From an archaeon (GTDB taxonomy: Archaea; AGJL01; Methanococci; Methanococcales; Methanocaldococcaceae), in contig JAJRSC010000011.1 in the NCBI GenBank assembly GCA_024278985.1, positions 1 to 56,920 on the forward strand: 56,920 bases of DNA, in the 5' to 3' direction. Under the pieces are notes generated by a model, which searched no databases, had not been told where the DNA came from, and worked only from the letters and a program-made list of their open reading frames with translations. The translations under genes and the position numbers were made by a program. Each line of letters begins with the position of its first letter. The first letter of the stretch is position 1. Below, one piece after another: positions 21,435 through 32,326 of this stretch.

Positions 21435-21808
21435 TTATATTTTTTAGCTTTTTCTATAACTTCTTCAGGTTTAAGTCCTATAACATAATCAATAACTTTT
21501 CCATCTTTTATATATATAACAGTTGGTAAATATCTAACTCCAAATTTTTCTGCTAAATCTTTATTTTTATTAACATCAATCTCCTCAATATTATAACCCT
21601 CTTCTTTTAATTTTTCAATTGTTGGTTTTAATGCTTTACAATAAGCACACAAATCTGATTCAAAAACTAATATAGTTAATCCTTTTTCATTATTGTATTT
21701 TATATTTGTGTTAATATTATTATTCTCCCCAATACATCCAGAAAATAAAATTATACTGATAACAATTAAAAGTTTTATTATTGTTGTAAGGTTCATATAC
21801 ATCAACAT
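21431..21808 (-). CDS. Thioredoxin-family lipoprotein
   Basis: Hydrophobic leader with FSGC lipobox, CAYC active site, cis-Pro YLPT. Confidence 0.85.
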   Translation of the reverse strand: MLMYMNLTTIIKLLIVISIILFSGCIGENNNINTNIKYNNEKGLTILVFESDLCAYCKALKPTIEKLKEEGYNIEEIDVNKNKDLAEKFGVRYLPTVIYIKDGKVIDYVIGLKPEEVIEKAKKYK

Positions 21809-21896
21809 TGATTTTTTGAAAGGTATTTATTCAAATTGCTATAAAAATTTAACCTTAATAACAAATTAATAAGTAAAAAGAAAAAAATAATATTAA

Positions 21897-22520
21897 TTAC
21901 TTTAAAACTTTTCCAGTCCTTAAATACCATATATATAAATCAAGTTCAGATAATTTTAGTTCTGTTTCTTTTCCAATTTCTTCTAAAATTTTCTCAATTT
22001 CTAAATATCTTTTTCTTGTTAATGATTTTGGAATCTCACTTATATATTGGTTGTCATATAACTCTCTTAAAATGTGTCTATCAATTATAGCAACATTATC
22101 ATATCCTACATTTCTTAAAAAGTGGGATGCTTCTTTATATCCTAAACCTTTTATATTTTTAACTAAAAATTCCCTTGCTTTTCTTTCATCCTTATAGTTG
22201 GTAATAATATCCTTTATATTCTTATATTGTCTTGCTCTTATAATGAAATCAGCCCTCTTTTTATAATATCTATGTCCAAGTTCTTTTAATTTTTTTTCTA
22301 ACTCTTCTCTATTTAAATATAAAAATCCATTATCAATTTCTTTCTGAATCTTAATACATTTTTCAGCAGAAAAATTTGCTGTTAATAAACAAAAACATAA
22401 CTCTTTAAACCATTCCTCATTACTTTTATTTTTAAATTCTTTAAACTCTAATATCCTTTTATTAATAACTTTTGAAATAGGAGATGATTTTAATTTATTT
22501 ATTTTATCTATTAATTCCAA
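21897..22520 (-). CDS. ogg: 8-oxoguanine DNA glycosylase/AP lyase (Ogg2 family)
   Basis: ELCFCLLTAN, HhH KGLGYKEASHFLRNVG, AIIDRH, C-terminal TGKVLK; appears intact. Confidence 0.95.
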   Translation of the reverse strand: MELIDKINKLKSSPISKVINKRILEFKEFKNKSNEEWFKELCFCLLTANFSAEKCIKIQKEIDNGFLYLNREELEKKLKELGHRYYKKRADFIIRARQYKNIKDIITNYKDERKAREFLVKNIKGLGYKEASHFLRNVGYDNVAIIDRHILRELYDNQYISEIPKSLTRKRYLEIEKILEEIGKETELKLSELDLYIWYLRTGKVLK

Positions 22521-22527
22521 ATTATCA

Positions 22528-24425
22528 CTATAAATATTCTTTAATCTTATTTCTTAATATTTCATTTACCATTTTACCATCAGCTTTTCCTCTTAACTTA
22601 GCCATACATCTTCCCATTAACATACCTAAAGCTTTTTCTTTTTTCTCTTTAACTATTTCAATATTCTCTCTAATAATCTCATCTATTATTTTCTCAACTT
22701 CTTCTCTGTCTAACCCTTTAAGTCCTTTAATCTCCAAAATATAGTCAATATCTTTATCTGGATTTTCACAAAATCCTTTTAATACCTCAATTATTCCCTC
22801 TTTAGCAAGTTTTCCAGTAGATACTGCTTTAAATATTTCATCAAAATGTTTATCTCTTAAGTTATCTATATTGTATCCTTCTCTTCTAACTTCTTTTAAT
22901 GTCTCTTCTAAAGTTTTTGCAATTATTGTTGGTTTAACATTCTTTTTATATTTTTTACATAACTCTTCAAATAAATCAGCATAATAACCATAAACCAATT
23001 TTTTGGCTAACTCATCATTTAATTTATACTCTTTCTTAAATCTTTCAATTTTTTCCTCAGGTAATTCTGGAAGATTGTTTTTAATTTTTTCTATTCTACT
23101 CTTATCTATAACAATTGGAGGAATATCTGTTTCAGGATACATTCTTGCAGCTCCAGGAAGAGGTCTTAAATATGATGTGTTTCCATCTTCTAATGCCCTT
23201 CTTGTCTCTTCTGGAACTCCAATTATTGCCTCTTTTGCTCTTTCAATTACAGCCTCTAATGCCTTATCAACCTTTTCCTCTTTATCTGCTATAATGATTA
23301 TTGCATCTTTTTCATCAACATTTAGAAATTCTCTTAATTTTTTAACTTCTTCCTCACTAATTCCATACTTTGGAAGTTCATCAGTATGGAAGAGTCCTTT
23401 AACTCCTGCTACTACTTTAGCTCTATCTGAAAACTCAGTTCCTAATCTTCTACCTGGTTGTATCTCTTTTCCAACTAATCCAGCAAATTCTTTTAAAATA
23501 ATAGCCTTAACTTTTCCATTGTTTTTTAAAGCATTTTGAATAATTTTTGATTTACAATCTTTAAATATTTCAGTAACATCATATATTTTATCTATAACGT
23601 AGGCATTTCTTTTTTTAAGTTCATCTCTAATTTTTAATAAATTAATCTGTCTTATAACTTCATTCTCCACAACTTTCTCAATTAAATCTAATTCAGAAAC
23701 TCCTTTTATTTCAACTCTTGCACCATCTTTTATAGATATATTAATATCCTGTCTTATTGTTCCTATTCCTCTCTTAACTTTCCCAGTAGCTCTTAAAATT
23801 TCTCCAATTCTCTTGGCAGTTTCTTTTGCCATTTTTGGGCTTTTTATATCTGGAGCTGTTGAAATTTCAACCAATGGAATTCCTAACCTATCAAGATTAT
23901 AAACAACTATTTCCCCCTTATCCTCAACTTTCCTTGCAGCATCTTCTTCTAAACATAAACTTTCTATTCCTACTCTACCCTCAGAAGTTTCAACATATCC
24001 ATTATATGCTAAAAACATAGTTCTTTGAATCCTGAAGTGTTAGAACCATCTATAACTATCTTTCTCATAACATAAGATACATCTACAATATTCATATTCA
24101 TTAATAAAGCAACTTCTAAGGCAATATCTATTGCCTCCTCACTTGGTAAATGAGGAGGTTCTTCATCTAATTCAACTAAACAGCAGTTATCTTTACAGTA
24201 TTGATAAATAAACTTCTTTCCTTTTCTCATCTCTAATAATGCTGCTCTATCTATCTCTCCCATTTCACTTAATGTAGGTCTCAATATTCTAAAAACTTCT
24301 CCATCAACTTTATCAGATAAAACTGTAGGACAATGACAAAATAATTTTCTTTTAGTATTTAATTGCTGATGAATCTCTAAACCTACCTTTAAACCAATTT
24401 TTTCATAATCCATAAGCATATACAC
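22528..24425 (-). CDS. gatE: Glutamyl-tRNA(Gln) amidotransferase subunit E, frameshifted as sequenced near 24027-24029
   Basis: [21 protein letters not shown] in 24009-24425; [40 protein letters not shown] in 22528-24018; one added base restores GFQRTMFLA. Confidence 0.95.
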
Positions 24426-24471
24426 CCTAAAAATTTTATTTTATTAAAATAAGATTCAAGATTAAAATATC

Positions 24472-25434
24472 TTACCATTTTAACAATGTTAAGATAAATG
24501 ATAACACACCTATTAAAGTTAATATATATGATATTGTATAAAGCTGTTTAAATAGCATAAATGGAGAAAATGCCCTAACAATTCCTGCCAAGATACCAAA
24601 TATAAATGCTACTGTTAAATTTATAATAATATTTATTGGATTGTCAAATGTTGGAGGAATTCCTAAGTAAAGAGTTGAAAATAAAGAACCCAATACAATT
24701 AATAAAAACTCATAACCAGCAATATATAACCCTCTATATTTTCCCATCAATTCCATAACAGAGCCATCTATAACATCTGCTTTTGTGTGTGTTATAGAAA
24801 AAGGATATTCTTTAATCATTATTAAGTAACTTACAAAATAAACAATTCCTCCTAAAATTCCTGCTAATGATAATATATATGGTTTTCCAGATAAGTCATT
24901 AATGTAAATTGAACCTGAACTAACAAAAGGTAAAAACATAGCTAAATAAAAAGGAAATGAGCCTATAGTTATAAATTTTAGATTTCTTAAGGCACTTAAC
25001 TGTTCTAAGGATTGTTTAGCAATATTAATAAATTTAGTTCCTTTACATTCATCAATATATGGCATTCTCCAGCCCATTATTGAACAAGATAAAGAACCAT
25101 AAACAACATATAAAAGTTCTTCAATTTTTAATAAACCAGCAATTAAAATAATATTGGCTATGTTTAAAGTTGTTGTAACCAATAAAATCCAAAGTACTAT
25201 TATAGAAACATAAGGAAAAGTATTATAAAAATTTGGATATAATGCATCTGGTTTTTTTAGGGATTTATAGATAAATTTAAAAAATGCCCAAAATCCTGGA
25301 GCTAAAATACTTGGTCCTACTCTTTGCTGGATTCTTGCCTGTATTTTCCTCTGAATTCCTGGGATAAGTGTAGAAATAACAAAAGCTAAGGAAGGAATTC
25401 CAATAATTGATAAAAAATAATAAACAATATCCAT
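24472..25434 (-). CDS. ehbO: Energy-converting hydrogenase B membrane subunit (NuoH-like)
   Basis: GIQRKIQARIQQRVGP, multi-TM, PFSITHTKADVIDG. Confidence 0.8.
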   Translation of the reverse strand: MDIVYYFLSIIGIPSLAFVISTLIPGIQRKIQARIQQRVGPSILAPGFWAFFKFIYKSLKKPDALYPNFYNTFPYVSIIVLWILLVTTTLNIANIILIAGLLKIEELLYVVYGSLSCSIMGWRMPYIDECKGTKFINIAKQSLEQLSALRNLKFITIGSFPFYLAMFLPFVSSGSIYINDLSGKPYILSLAGILGGIVYFVSYLIMIKEYPFSITHTKADVIDGSVMELMGKYRGLYIAGYEFLLIVLGSLFSTLYLGIPPTFDNPINIIINLTVAFIFGILAGIVRAFSPFMLFKQLYTISYILTLIGVLSFILTLLKW

Positions 25435-25880
25435 TATTTCTCCTCTAATATTTTTGGTATTGCTTTAACAATCCCAGCAATAATATCCTCAGGTCTTGGA
25501 GCACATCCAGGAACTTTTACATCAACAGGAATAATCTTTTCTAATGGACCATCAATAAAATCAGATGTTCCTAAATCCCCTCCTATATTTCCATAAACCC
25601 CTCCCATTAAAGCACATGAACCAACTGCAACAACTGCCTTGGGTTCTGGAACTTTCTTATATATTTTTACTAATGAGTCTTTAACAAACTTAGTTATACA
25701 TCCAGTAATAACTAAAATATCTGCTTCTCTTGGGTTAAAGGTTAAAAAACATTGATACTGTTCAGCATCATAATATGGAGATAGAACTGCATTTATTGCC
25801 TCAATATCACAACCATTACATCCACCAGTCCCAATAACCATAACATGAATACAGTTTTTCCTTGAGATTTTTTTTAACAT
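25434..25880 (-). CDS. ehbM: Energy-converting hydrogenase B small subunit (NuoB-like)
   Basis: [33 protein letters not shown]. Confidence 0.82.
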   Translation of the reverse strand: MLKKISRKNCIHVMVIGTGGCNGCDIEAINAVLSPYYDAEQYQCFLTFNPREADILVITGCITKFVKDSLVKIYKKVPEPKAVVAVGSCALMGGVYGNIGGDLGTSDFIDGPLEKIIPVDVKVPGCAPRPEDIIAGIVKAIPKILEEK

Positions 25881-25894
25881 AACTTATCCCAAAT

Positions 25895-25916
25895 TTATCA
25901 TTATTAATAATGATAA
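25895..25916. promoter_or_regulatory. Perfect 22-bp palindrome upstream of ehbM (operator candidate)
   Basis: TTATCATTATTAATAATGATAA equals its own reverse complement; ends 14 bp from the ehbM start codon. Confidence 0.4.
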
Positions 25917-26288
25917 TTCTTCTATTATATTATTAATATTTTATGAGTATATTGTAAATTTATATATTTACTTTAATTAAAATATGATAATATATCTTTG
26001 TCAATTTTAAGAGAGATTATATAATAACACCTACATACATAAATATATATTTTCATAAAATATATTACCCAATTTAAATGATTTAAAAATTATCATCTGG
26101 TTAGAACTATAGGAAATAAAAACAATTAAATCAATATGTAAGGAGATTTTAGGGATTAATCGAATATTTATAATTTTAAATAGTATAGATAATTACATTC
26201 TAATTATTTAATTTATTATTTCAATAGAAAATTTTATAATTTTAATAATTTTATTTTATTTTGAAAAATCTTAAACTGTGTGATTTTT

Positions 26289-28577
26289 ATGATAGTAAAA
26301 TGTCCAATTTGTGATGGTACTGGAAAAAAGATTATCAAGTATAAAGTATGCCCTGTTTGTGAGGGAACTGGATTTTTAGATGAATTTTCACCAAAAGAAC
26401 ATTTAAAAAGAGTTTCTAAAAGAGCAACTTATGACTTAGATTATGGAGAAATCCCATGTCCAAAATGTAAAGGAGAGGGAAAAGTTCCTGTTTATGCAAA
26501 ATGTGATTACTGTGGAGGTAGTGGAAAGGTTGTTAAATGTGAAAGATGTGGAGCTATAATTGGAAGATATCCAGATTTTAAAGACAGAGTTTTATGTGAT
26601 AAATGTCTAAAAGAAGAAGAGGAAAGAAAAAAAGGATTAAGAAATGTTTATGTATTTGATGATGTAGCAACATTTTATGATGTTGAGCCAGGTAAGTTTT
26701 ATAAAGGAACTGTAACAAGAATAGAAAAATATGGAGCCTTTATTAATTTAAATGAAAAAGTTAGAGGATTATTAAGAGCAAGAGATATGATTTCCTTAAA
26801 ATTAGATGATTTAAAAGTTGGTGATGAAATTATTGTCCAAGCAGTTGATGTTAGACCTGAAAAAAGAGAAATAGATTTTAAATATATCCCACTCTCCACT
26901 TATGACTTAATTAAATTTGAGAAAGAAGTTCCTATAATGAAGATTAAAGAAATTGCAGAAAAAATGGTTGAATTAAGAGACCAGGTAGTTCATATAGTTG
27001 GAGAAGTTGTACAAATAGTTCAAACTCCAGGACCTACAATATTTACAGTAACAGATGGAACTGATTTTACATGGGTTGCTGCTTTAGAAATAGCAGGTTT
27101 AAGAGCTCATCCAGAGGTTAAAGTTGGAGATATTATAGATGTTGTAGGTAGAGTAAATATAAGAGATGGAAGACTACAAATTGAAAGAATAAGATTAAAA
27201 AAACTTGATGGAGAAGAAGCTGAAAAAATAAGAAAAGAGATAGAGAGAGAAATTGATATAAGAGCAGAACCAGCTAAGGATATTCCATTTTTAGTTAAAA
27301 GTGAGGTCTTAGAAAAATTAAGGCCAAAAATGGCAGATATTGCTAAAAGAATAAGAAAGGCAATTTTAGATGGAAGGCCTATAATAGTAAGACATCACGC
27401 AGATACTGATGGTTATTGTGGAGGACTTGCTTTAGAAAAAGCAATATTACCTATAATTGATAAATTTGCTATTGATGTAGATGCAATATGGCATTTCTTT
27501 AAAAGAAGACCATCAAAAGCTCCATTTTATGAATTAGAAGATGTAACTAAAGATTTAGTTTATTCTATTGAAGACTCTTTAAAATTTGGTCAAAAATTAC
27601 CATTGATTGTATTAATAGATAATGGAAGTACTGATGAAGATATTCCAGCAATATCAAAGGCTAAGGCCTATGGAATTGAGGTTATTGTTATAGACCATCA
27701 TTTTCCTGGAGAAGTTAAAGATGGTAGAGCTGAGATTGATGATTATGTAGATGCCCATGTAAATCCTTATTTAGTTGGTGGAGATAGTAATTTAACAGCT
27801 GGAGTTTTGGGAACTGAAATAGCAAGGATGATAAATCCAGATATTGAGGAGGAAATAAAACATCTTCCAGGGATTGCTGTTGTAGCAGACCATGCAAAAG
27901 GTGAGGAAGTAGAACAGTATATAAAAATAGCTTTAGATAGAATTAATGAACTTAGTAAAAAATATGGATTAAATAAAAAGTATAATAGAGAATATTTAGA
28001 AAAGATAGGTTTATGTATGGATTTTGAGGCATTTTATTTAAGATTTATGGATGGAAGGGGAATAGTTGATGATATCTTAGCAACAAATATTAAAGATTTT
28101 AGAAGACATGAAAATCTAATAAATATTTTATATGAGCAAGCTATGAAAATGGTAGAAAGACAAATGAAGGCAGTACTTCCTGCCTTAAAAACTTCATTCT
28201 GGGACAATGGCATAATATTAAATACCTTAGATGTAGAAAAGTATGCCCATAAATTTACATTCCCACCTCCAGGAAAAACTACAGGTTTTGCTCATGACTA
28301 TATAGTCCAAAAATATGGAGAAGATAAACCAATTATAACACTCTCCTATGGGCCAGATTTTGCTGTGGTAAGGGCTACTGATGCAGTTCATGAGAATTAT
28401 GATTTTAATTTAAATATTATTGTTGAGAAACTTATGGAAGAAATTCCAGAGGCATCTATAGATGGAGGAGGTCATGAGTGTGCTGGCTCTATAAAATTTG
28501 TTGAAGGTTTAAGAGATAGAGTAATAAATAGGTTTATAGAAATTATCAGTAGAATGAAACCAAAGGTGAAACATTGA
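26289..28577 (+). CDS. RecJ-like DHH phosphoesterase with DnaJ-type Zn finger and S1/OB domains (COG1107)
   Basis: Four CxxCxGxG repeats, S1 (GTVTRIEKYGAFI), HADTDG, IDNGST, IDHH, GGGHECAG; ATG 26289 follows a GTGA RBS. Confidence 0.9.
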   Translation: MIVKCPICDGTGKKIIKYKVCPVCEGTGFLDEFSPKEHLKRVSKRATYDLDYGEIPCPKCKGEGKVPVYAKCDYCGGSGKVVKCERCGAIIGRYPDFKDRVLCDKCLKEEEERKKGLRNVYVFDDVATFYDVEPGKFYKGTVTRIEKYGAFINLNEKVRGLLRARDMISLKLDDLKVGDEIIVQAVDVRPEKREIDFKYIPLSTYDLIKFEKEVPIMKIKEIAEKMVELRDQVVHIVGEVVQIVQTPGPTIFTVTDGTDFTWVAALEIAGLRAHPEVKVGDIIDVVGRVNIRDGRLQIERIRLKKLDGEEAEKIRKEIEREIDIRAEPAKDIPFLVKSEVLEKLRPKMADIAKRIRKAILDGRPIIVRHHADTDGYCGGLALEKAILPIIDKFAIDVDAIWHFFKRRPSKAPFYELEDVTKDLVYSIEDSLKFGQKLPLIVLIDNGSTDEDIPAISKAKAYGIEVIVIDHHFPGEVKDGRAEIDDYVDAHVNPYLVGGDSNLTAGVLGTEIARMINPDIEEEIKHLPGIAVVADHAKGEEVEQYIKIALDRINELSKKYGLNKKYNREYLEKIGLCMDFEAFYLRFMDGRGIVDDILATNIKDFRRHENLINILYEQAMKMVERQMKAVLPALKTSFWDNGIILNTLDVEKYAHKFTFPPPGKTTGFAHDYIVQKYGEDKPIITLSYGPDFAVVRATDAVHENYDFNLNIIVEKLMEEIPEASIDGGGHECAGSIKFVEGLRDRVINRFIEIISRMKPKVKH

Positions 28578-29248
28578 AGATAGTTTTTGATTTAGGAGGT
28601 TCTGTTGTTATGCCCTCAACCCCAAACCCAGAAAAAATAAAATCTTTTGGAGAAGTGTTTAAAAAAATTAAGGATATGGGTCATGATATTGCTATTGTTG
28701 TTGGAGGAGGAAAAACAGCAAGAGATTATATTAATTTAGCGAGAGAATTAAATAGTAATGAAAGTATATGTGATATTTTAGGGATATATGCCACAAGAAT
28801 GAATGCTTTACTCTTATCTCTAACTTTAGGAGAATATGGATATAAAAATATACCCTCAAATTTTGCAGAGGCAGAACTTATTTTAAATTTAGGAAAAATT
28901 CCAGTAATGGGAGGGACACATCCAGGGCATACAACTGATGCAGTTGCTGCAGGATTGGCTGAGTATATTGATGCTGATTTATTGGTTGTGGGGACTAATG
29001 TTGATGGAGTTTATGATAAAGACCCAAGAAAATATAAAGATGCTAAAAAAATAGAAAAGTTATCTTTTAGTGAGTTAGTTGAGTTATCTATAAATGCATC
29101 TTTAAAAGCTGGAAGTTCTTCAGTTATTGACCCATTGGCTGCTAAAATTATTGAAAGGGCAAAAATTAAAACAGTTGTTATAAAAGGTGAGCCAGAAGAA
29201 ATTTTAAATGTTGGCAAAGGCAAAATAAATGGGACAATAATTGAGTGA
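28574..29248 (+). CDS. pyrH: Uridylate kinase
   Basis: DLGGSV, VVGGGKTAR, GGTHPGHTTDAVAA, NVDGVYDKDP. Confidence 0.95.
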   Translation: MKIVFDLGGSVVMPSTPNPEKIKSFGEVFKKIKDMGHDIAIVVGGGKTARDYINLARELNSNESICDILGIYATRMNALLLSLTLGEYGYKNIPSNFAEAELILNLGKIPVMGGTHPGHTTDAVAAGLAEYIDADLLVVGTNVDGVYDKDPRKYKDAKKIEKLSFSELVELSINASLKAGSSSVIDPLAAKIIERAKIKTVVIKGEPEEILNVGKGKINGTIIE

Positions 29249-30048
29249 TTATCTTGGATATTGAAAAAGAAATAAATAAAGAACTTATAAAAATTAGGGT
29301 AGAAGATTCACTAAATTTATTAAAGAATTTGGATATTAATGAAAATCTAAAAAATATTTTAAAAGGTATGTTAAAGAGAAGGTATAATTTAGATAAAAAC
29401 TTTTTTTTAAATGATAATAAAGTTAATGAAACTGCAAGTATTGCCTTTTCTGGAGGAATTGATAGTTCTTTTTCTGTTTTCTTAGCAAAACAAATTTTTG
29501 AGAATGTTGAAGTATTAACTTGTATCTCTCCCTATATTGGAAATAATGTAAATTTTATTAAAGAAAGGGCTAAAAAGTTAGGTGTTGATGTTAAATTTAT
29601 AAAAATAGATTTGGAAGAGATATATAAAAATTCGTTATCTGGAAGATATCATCCCTGTGGTAGGTGTCATAAGTTAATAGAGGAGGAAATTTTTAAACAC
29701 TCTAAAGGAAAATATGTTATTTTTGGGGATTTATTAGCCTTTGGTTCTCATAGTTTTTATAAGGTTAATAATAAGTATAGATTTAATATTAACTCTTTTT
29801 TTGCAATAACCAAAGATGAAGAGAGGGATATTTTAAAATTTGATAATAAAGGTTATGGCTGTAAAATGCTTAGAGAATATCATATAAAAAATAAAAATTA
29901 TAAATTTACAATACAAAGAATTTTAAGAGAAGTCAGAGGAAGAGTAATAACTGATAAGGAAGGATATAAAAATATTTTAGAGGTCCTAAACTATGGGAAT
30001 GAAGGAAGTTATAGAGAGGTTAATAAAGGAAGGTTATATAAAGAGTGA
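29245..30048 (+). CDS. PP-loop ATPase (COG1365-like)
   Basis: [24 protein letters not shown] motifs. Confidence 0.8.
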   Translation: MIILDIEKEINKELIKIRVEDSLNLLKNLDINENLKNILKGMLKRRYNLDKNFFLNDNKVNETASIAFSGGIDSSFSVFLAKQIFENVEVLTCISPYIGNNVNFIKERAKKLGVDVKFIKIDLEEIYKNSLSGRYHPCGRCHKLIEEEIFKHSKGKYVIFGDLLAFGSHSFYKVNNKYRFNINSFFAITKDEERDILKFDNKGYGCKMLREYHIKNKNYKFTIQRILREVRGRVITDKEGYKNILEVLNYGNEGSYREVNKGRLYKE

Positions 30049-30625
30049 TAGAGTTATAAAAGCCCTTTTAAAAGTTCCAAGGGAGGAATTTGTCCCTGAA
30101 CATTTAAAAAAATATGCCTATGTAGATACTCCTTTAGAAATTGGTTATGGTCAAACTATCTCAGCAATACATATGGTTGGGTTGATGTGTGAATTATTAG
30201 ACTTAAAACCAGGAATGAAAGTTTTAGAGGTTGGAACTGGCTCTGGATATCATGCTGCAGTTGTTGCTGAAATTGTTGGTAAGGATGGTTTAGTTGTAAG
30301 TATTGAAAGAATTCCAGAGCTTGCTGAGAGAGCTAAAAAGACATTGAAAAAATTGGGATATGATAATGTTATTGTAGTTGTTGGAGATGGGACTCTTGGA
30401 TATCCTGAGTTGGCTCCTTATGACAGGATATATGTAACTGCTGCTGGTCCAAAGATACCAAAACCATTAATTGAGCAACTAAAAAATGGTGGAAAGTTAG
30501 TTATGCCTATAGGGAAATACTTCCAGGAGTTAATAGTTGCTGAGAAAATAGGGGATGAAATTAAAATTAAAAAATATGGTCCTGTTTCATTTGTTCCATT
30601 AATTGGAAAAGAGGGATTTCAATGA
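29993..30625 (+). CDS. pcm: Protein-L-isoaspartate O-methyltransferase
   Basis: [40 protein letters not shown]. Confidence 0.96.
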   Translation: MGMKEVIERLIKEGYIKSDRVIKALLKVPREEFVPEHLKKYAYVDTPLEIGYGQTISAIHMVGLMCELLDLKPGMKVLEVGTGSGYHAAVVAEIVGKDGLVVSIERIPELAERAKKTLKKLGYDNVIVVVGDGTLGYPELAPYDRIYVTAAGPKIPKPLIEQLKNGGKLVMPIGKYFQELIVAEKIGDEIKIKKYGPVSFVPLIGKEGFQ

Positions 30626-31284
30626 TGATGATATGTTTGCCAATAGTTGAGGATAGTAAGAATAAGGCTATTGAAGTGGCTAAGGAATATTTAAAATATG
30701 CAGATATTGTAGAGTTTAGAGTAGATTACTTTAAAGAAGTTAGTATAAATGATATAAAAGATCTTTGTCAATATCCATCAATAATAACCATTAGAATTAA
30801 AGAAGAAGGAGGATTTTTTGAAGGAGATAGAGAAGAACTTTTTAAAGAGGCAATAAAAAATAATGCTAAATTTATAGATGTTGAACTAAGAGAGAAATTA
30901 TCAAGGGATTTAGTGGAATATAGAAATAAAATTAAATCTGAAACTAAAATTATAGTTTCTTATCATAACTTTAAAGAAACTCCAAGATATTAAGAACTTA
31001 AAGAAATTGCTAAAAAATGTTTAAATATTGGAGATATTGCTAAAATTGCGACAATGATAAATAATAAAGAGGATATAATTAAAATACTAAGATTAGCCAA
31101 TGAATTTGAAAATAATATTATTTCAATAGGTATGGGAGATAAAGGAAAAATAACAAGAATTTTATCTCCTCTATTTGGTTCAGTTGTTAGTTATGCATCA
31201 TTTAAAAATAAATCATCTGCTCCAGGACAGATAGATATAGAAGAACTTAAAGAAACTATAAACATCTTAAAAAAATATTTGTAG
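30622..31284 (+). CDS. aroD: Type I 3-dehydroquinate dehydratase, interrupted as sequenced by in-frame TAA at 30991-30993
   Basis: VEFRVD, TIR..EGG, IVSYHNF.ETP, then (after the stop) [29 protein letters not shown], all in one frame. Confidence 0.92.
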
Positions 31285-31836
31285 ATGAGAAACATGACAA
31301 TTAATAACTATCTTCATCTTATTTTTATGGGTTTGTGGTATATACTCCCTGCATATGTTGCTAATGCATCTGCCTGTATTTTTGGAGGTGGGGAACCTGT
31401 TGATGGAAAAAGGTATTTTTTTGATGGAAGAAGAATTATAGGTGATGGAGTTACCTATAAAGGTTCTTTTTTTGGAATTTTATTAGGAACCTTAACAGGA
31501 TTACTACAGGGAATTATTGTAGGATTTGGTTCAGATGGTTTAGATTTTTATTCTTGTATAATAGATCACATTATTTTAGGCTTTTATTTATCAGTTGGGG
31601 CAATAATAGGTGATGCTATAGGAAGTTTTATAAAAAGAAGGTTAAATATTGATAGAGGTAAACCAGCTCCAATATTGGACCAGTTAGATTTTGTTATTGG
31701 TGCTATTGCATTTGGTTATTTGATAGCCCCAATACCTATAACTATGATAATAGTAATATGTGTAATAACATTATTCATTCATTTATTTGGAAATATTATA
31801 GCATATAAATTAAAAATTAAAGAGTGTTGGTGGTAA
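31285..31836 (+). CDS. carS: CDP-archaeol synthase
   Basis: [45 protein letters not shown]. Confidence 0.92.
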   Translation: MRNMTINNYLHLIFMGLWYILPAYVANASACIFGGGEPVDGKRYFFDGRRIIGDGVTYKGSFFGILLGTLTGLLQGIIVGFGSDGLDFYSCIIDHIILGFYLSVGAIIGDAIGSFIKRRLNIDRGKPAPILDQLDFVIGAIAFGYLIAPIPITMIIVICVITLFIHLFGNIIAYKLKIKECWW

Positions 31837-31837
31837 G

Positions 31838-32317
31838 ATGAGGATAGTTTTAGATATTGAAGTTAGAGACAAACCAGGAGAATTATTAAAGATATTAACC
31901 CCTATAGCCAACTTAGGAGCTAATATAATTTCAATAATCCATTCAAGAGAGGAAAGAGTAGGAAATAGAATTCCTGTAAGATTTGTTATTGATGTTGAAG
32001 AGGATAAATTTAAAACACTTATTAATGAACTTGAAAAAGTAGCAATAATAAAATTAATTGATGGACAAAAGAAAAAAAGATATGTGGATATTGTTGTTAT
32101 AGGTCATGTTGTTGATACTGACATAAGAGATACAATTGATAGAATTAATACTATAGGTTTAGTGGAAGATTTAGATTTACTTATGCCTCATCCAGATTTA
32201 GAATCTTCTGCTACTATGAAGATACTTATAGATAATTATAAAATAGAAGAACTATTCTATTTATTAGATGAATTAGAAAAGGAGAAAGGTTTATTTTTTA
32301 TAAAAACACTATTATGA
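31838..32317 (+). CDS. ACT-domain protein (COG2061), adjacent to homoserine dehydrogenase
   Basis: DKPGEL..., [28 protein letters not shown]. Confidence 0.85.
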   Translation: MRIVLDIEVRDKPGELLKILTPIANLGANIISIIHSREERVGNRIPVRFVIDVEEDKFKTLINELEKVAIIKLIDGQKKKRYVDIVVIGHVVDTDIRDTIDRINTIGLVEDLDLLMPHPDLESSATMKILIDNYKIEELFYLLDELEKEKGLFFIKTLL

Positions 32318-32326
32318 GGGAGATAA

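Noticed and set aside
24009-24035. Programmed ribosomal frameshift in gatE
   Set aside because: No X-XXY-YYZ slippery heptamer or stimulatory structure is evident, and it falls in a highly conserved catalytic motif; an indel error is simpler.
25920-26279. Long AT-rich intergenic region as replication origin, ncRNA or MITE
   Set aside because: No ORB-like repeats, cdc6 neighbour, GC-rich stem or terminal repeats seen; two divergent promoters could account for it.
26298-26610. CxxCxGxG repeats as a dnaJ gene
   Set aside because: No J-domain HPD motif; they are the N-terminal Zn finger of the known COG1107 RecJ-like family.
29993-30048. 56-nt overlap of the PP-loop gene with pcm as a dual-coding element
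   Set aside because: The extension is a short featureless tail, and such overlaps are common in compact archaeal operons.
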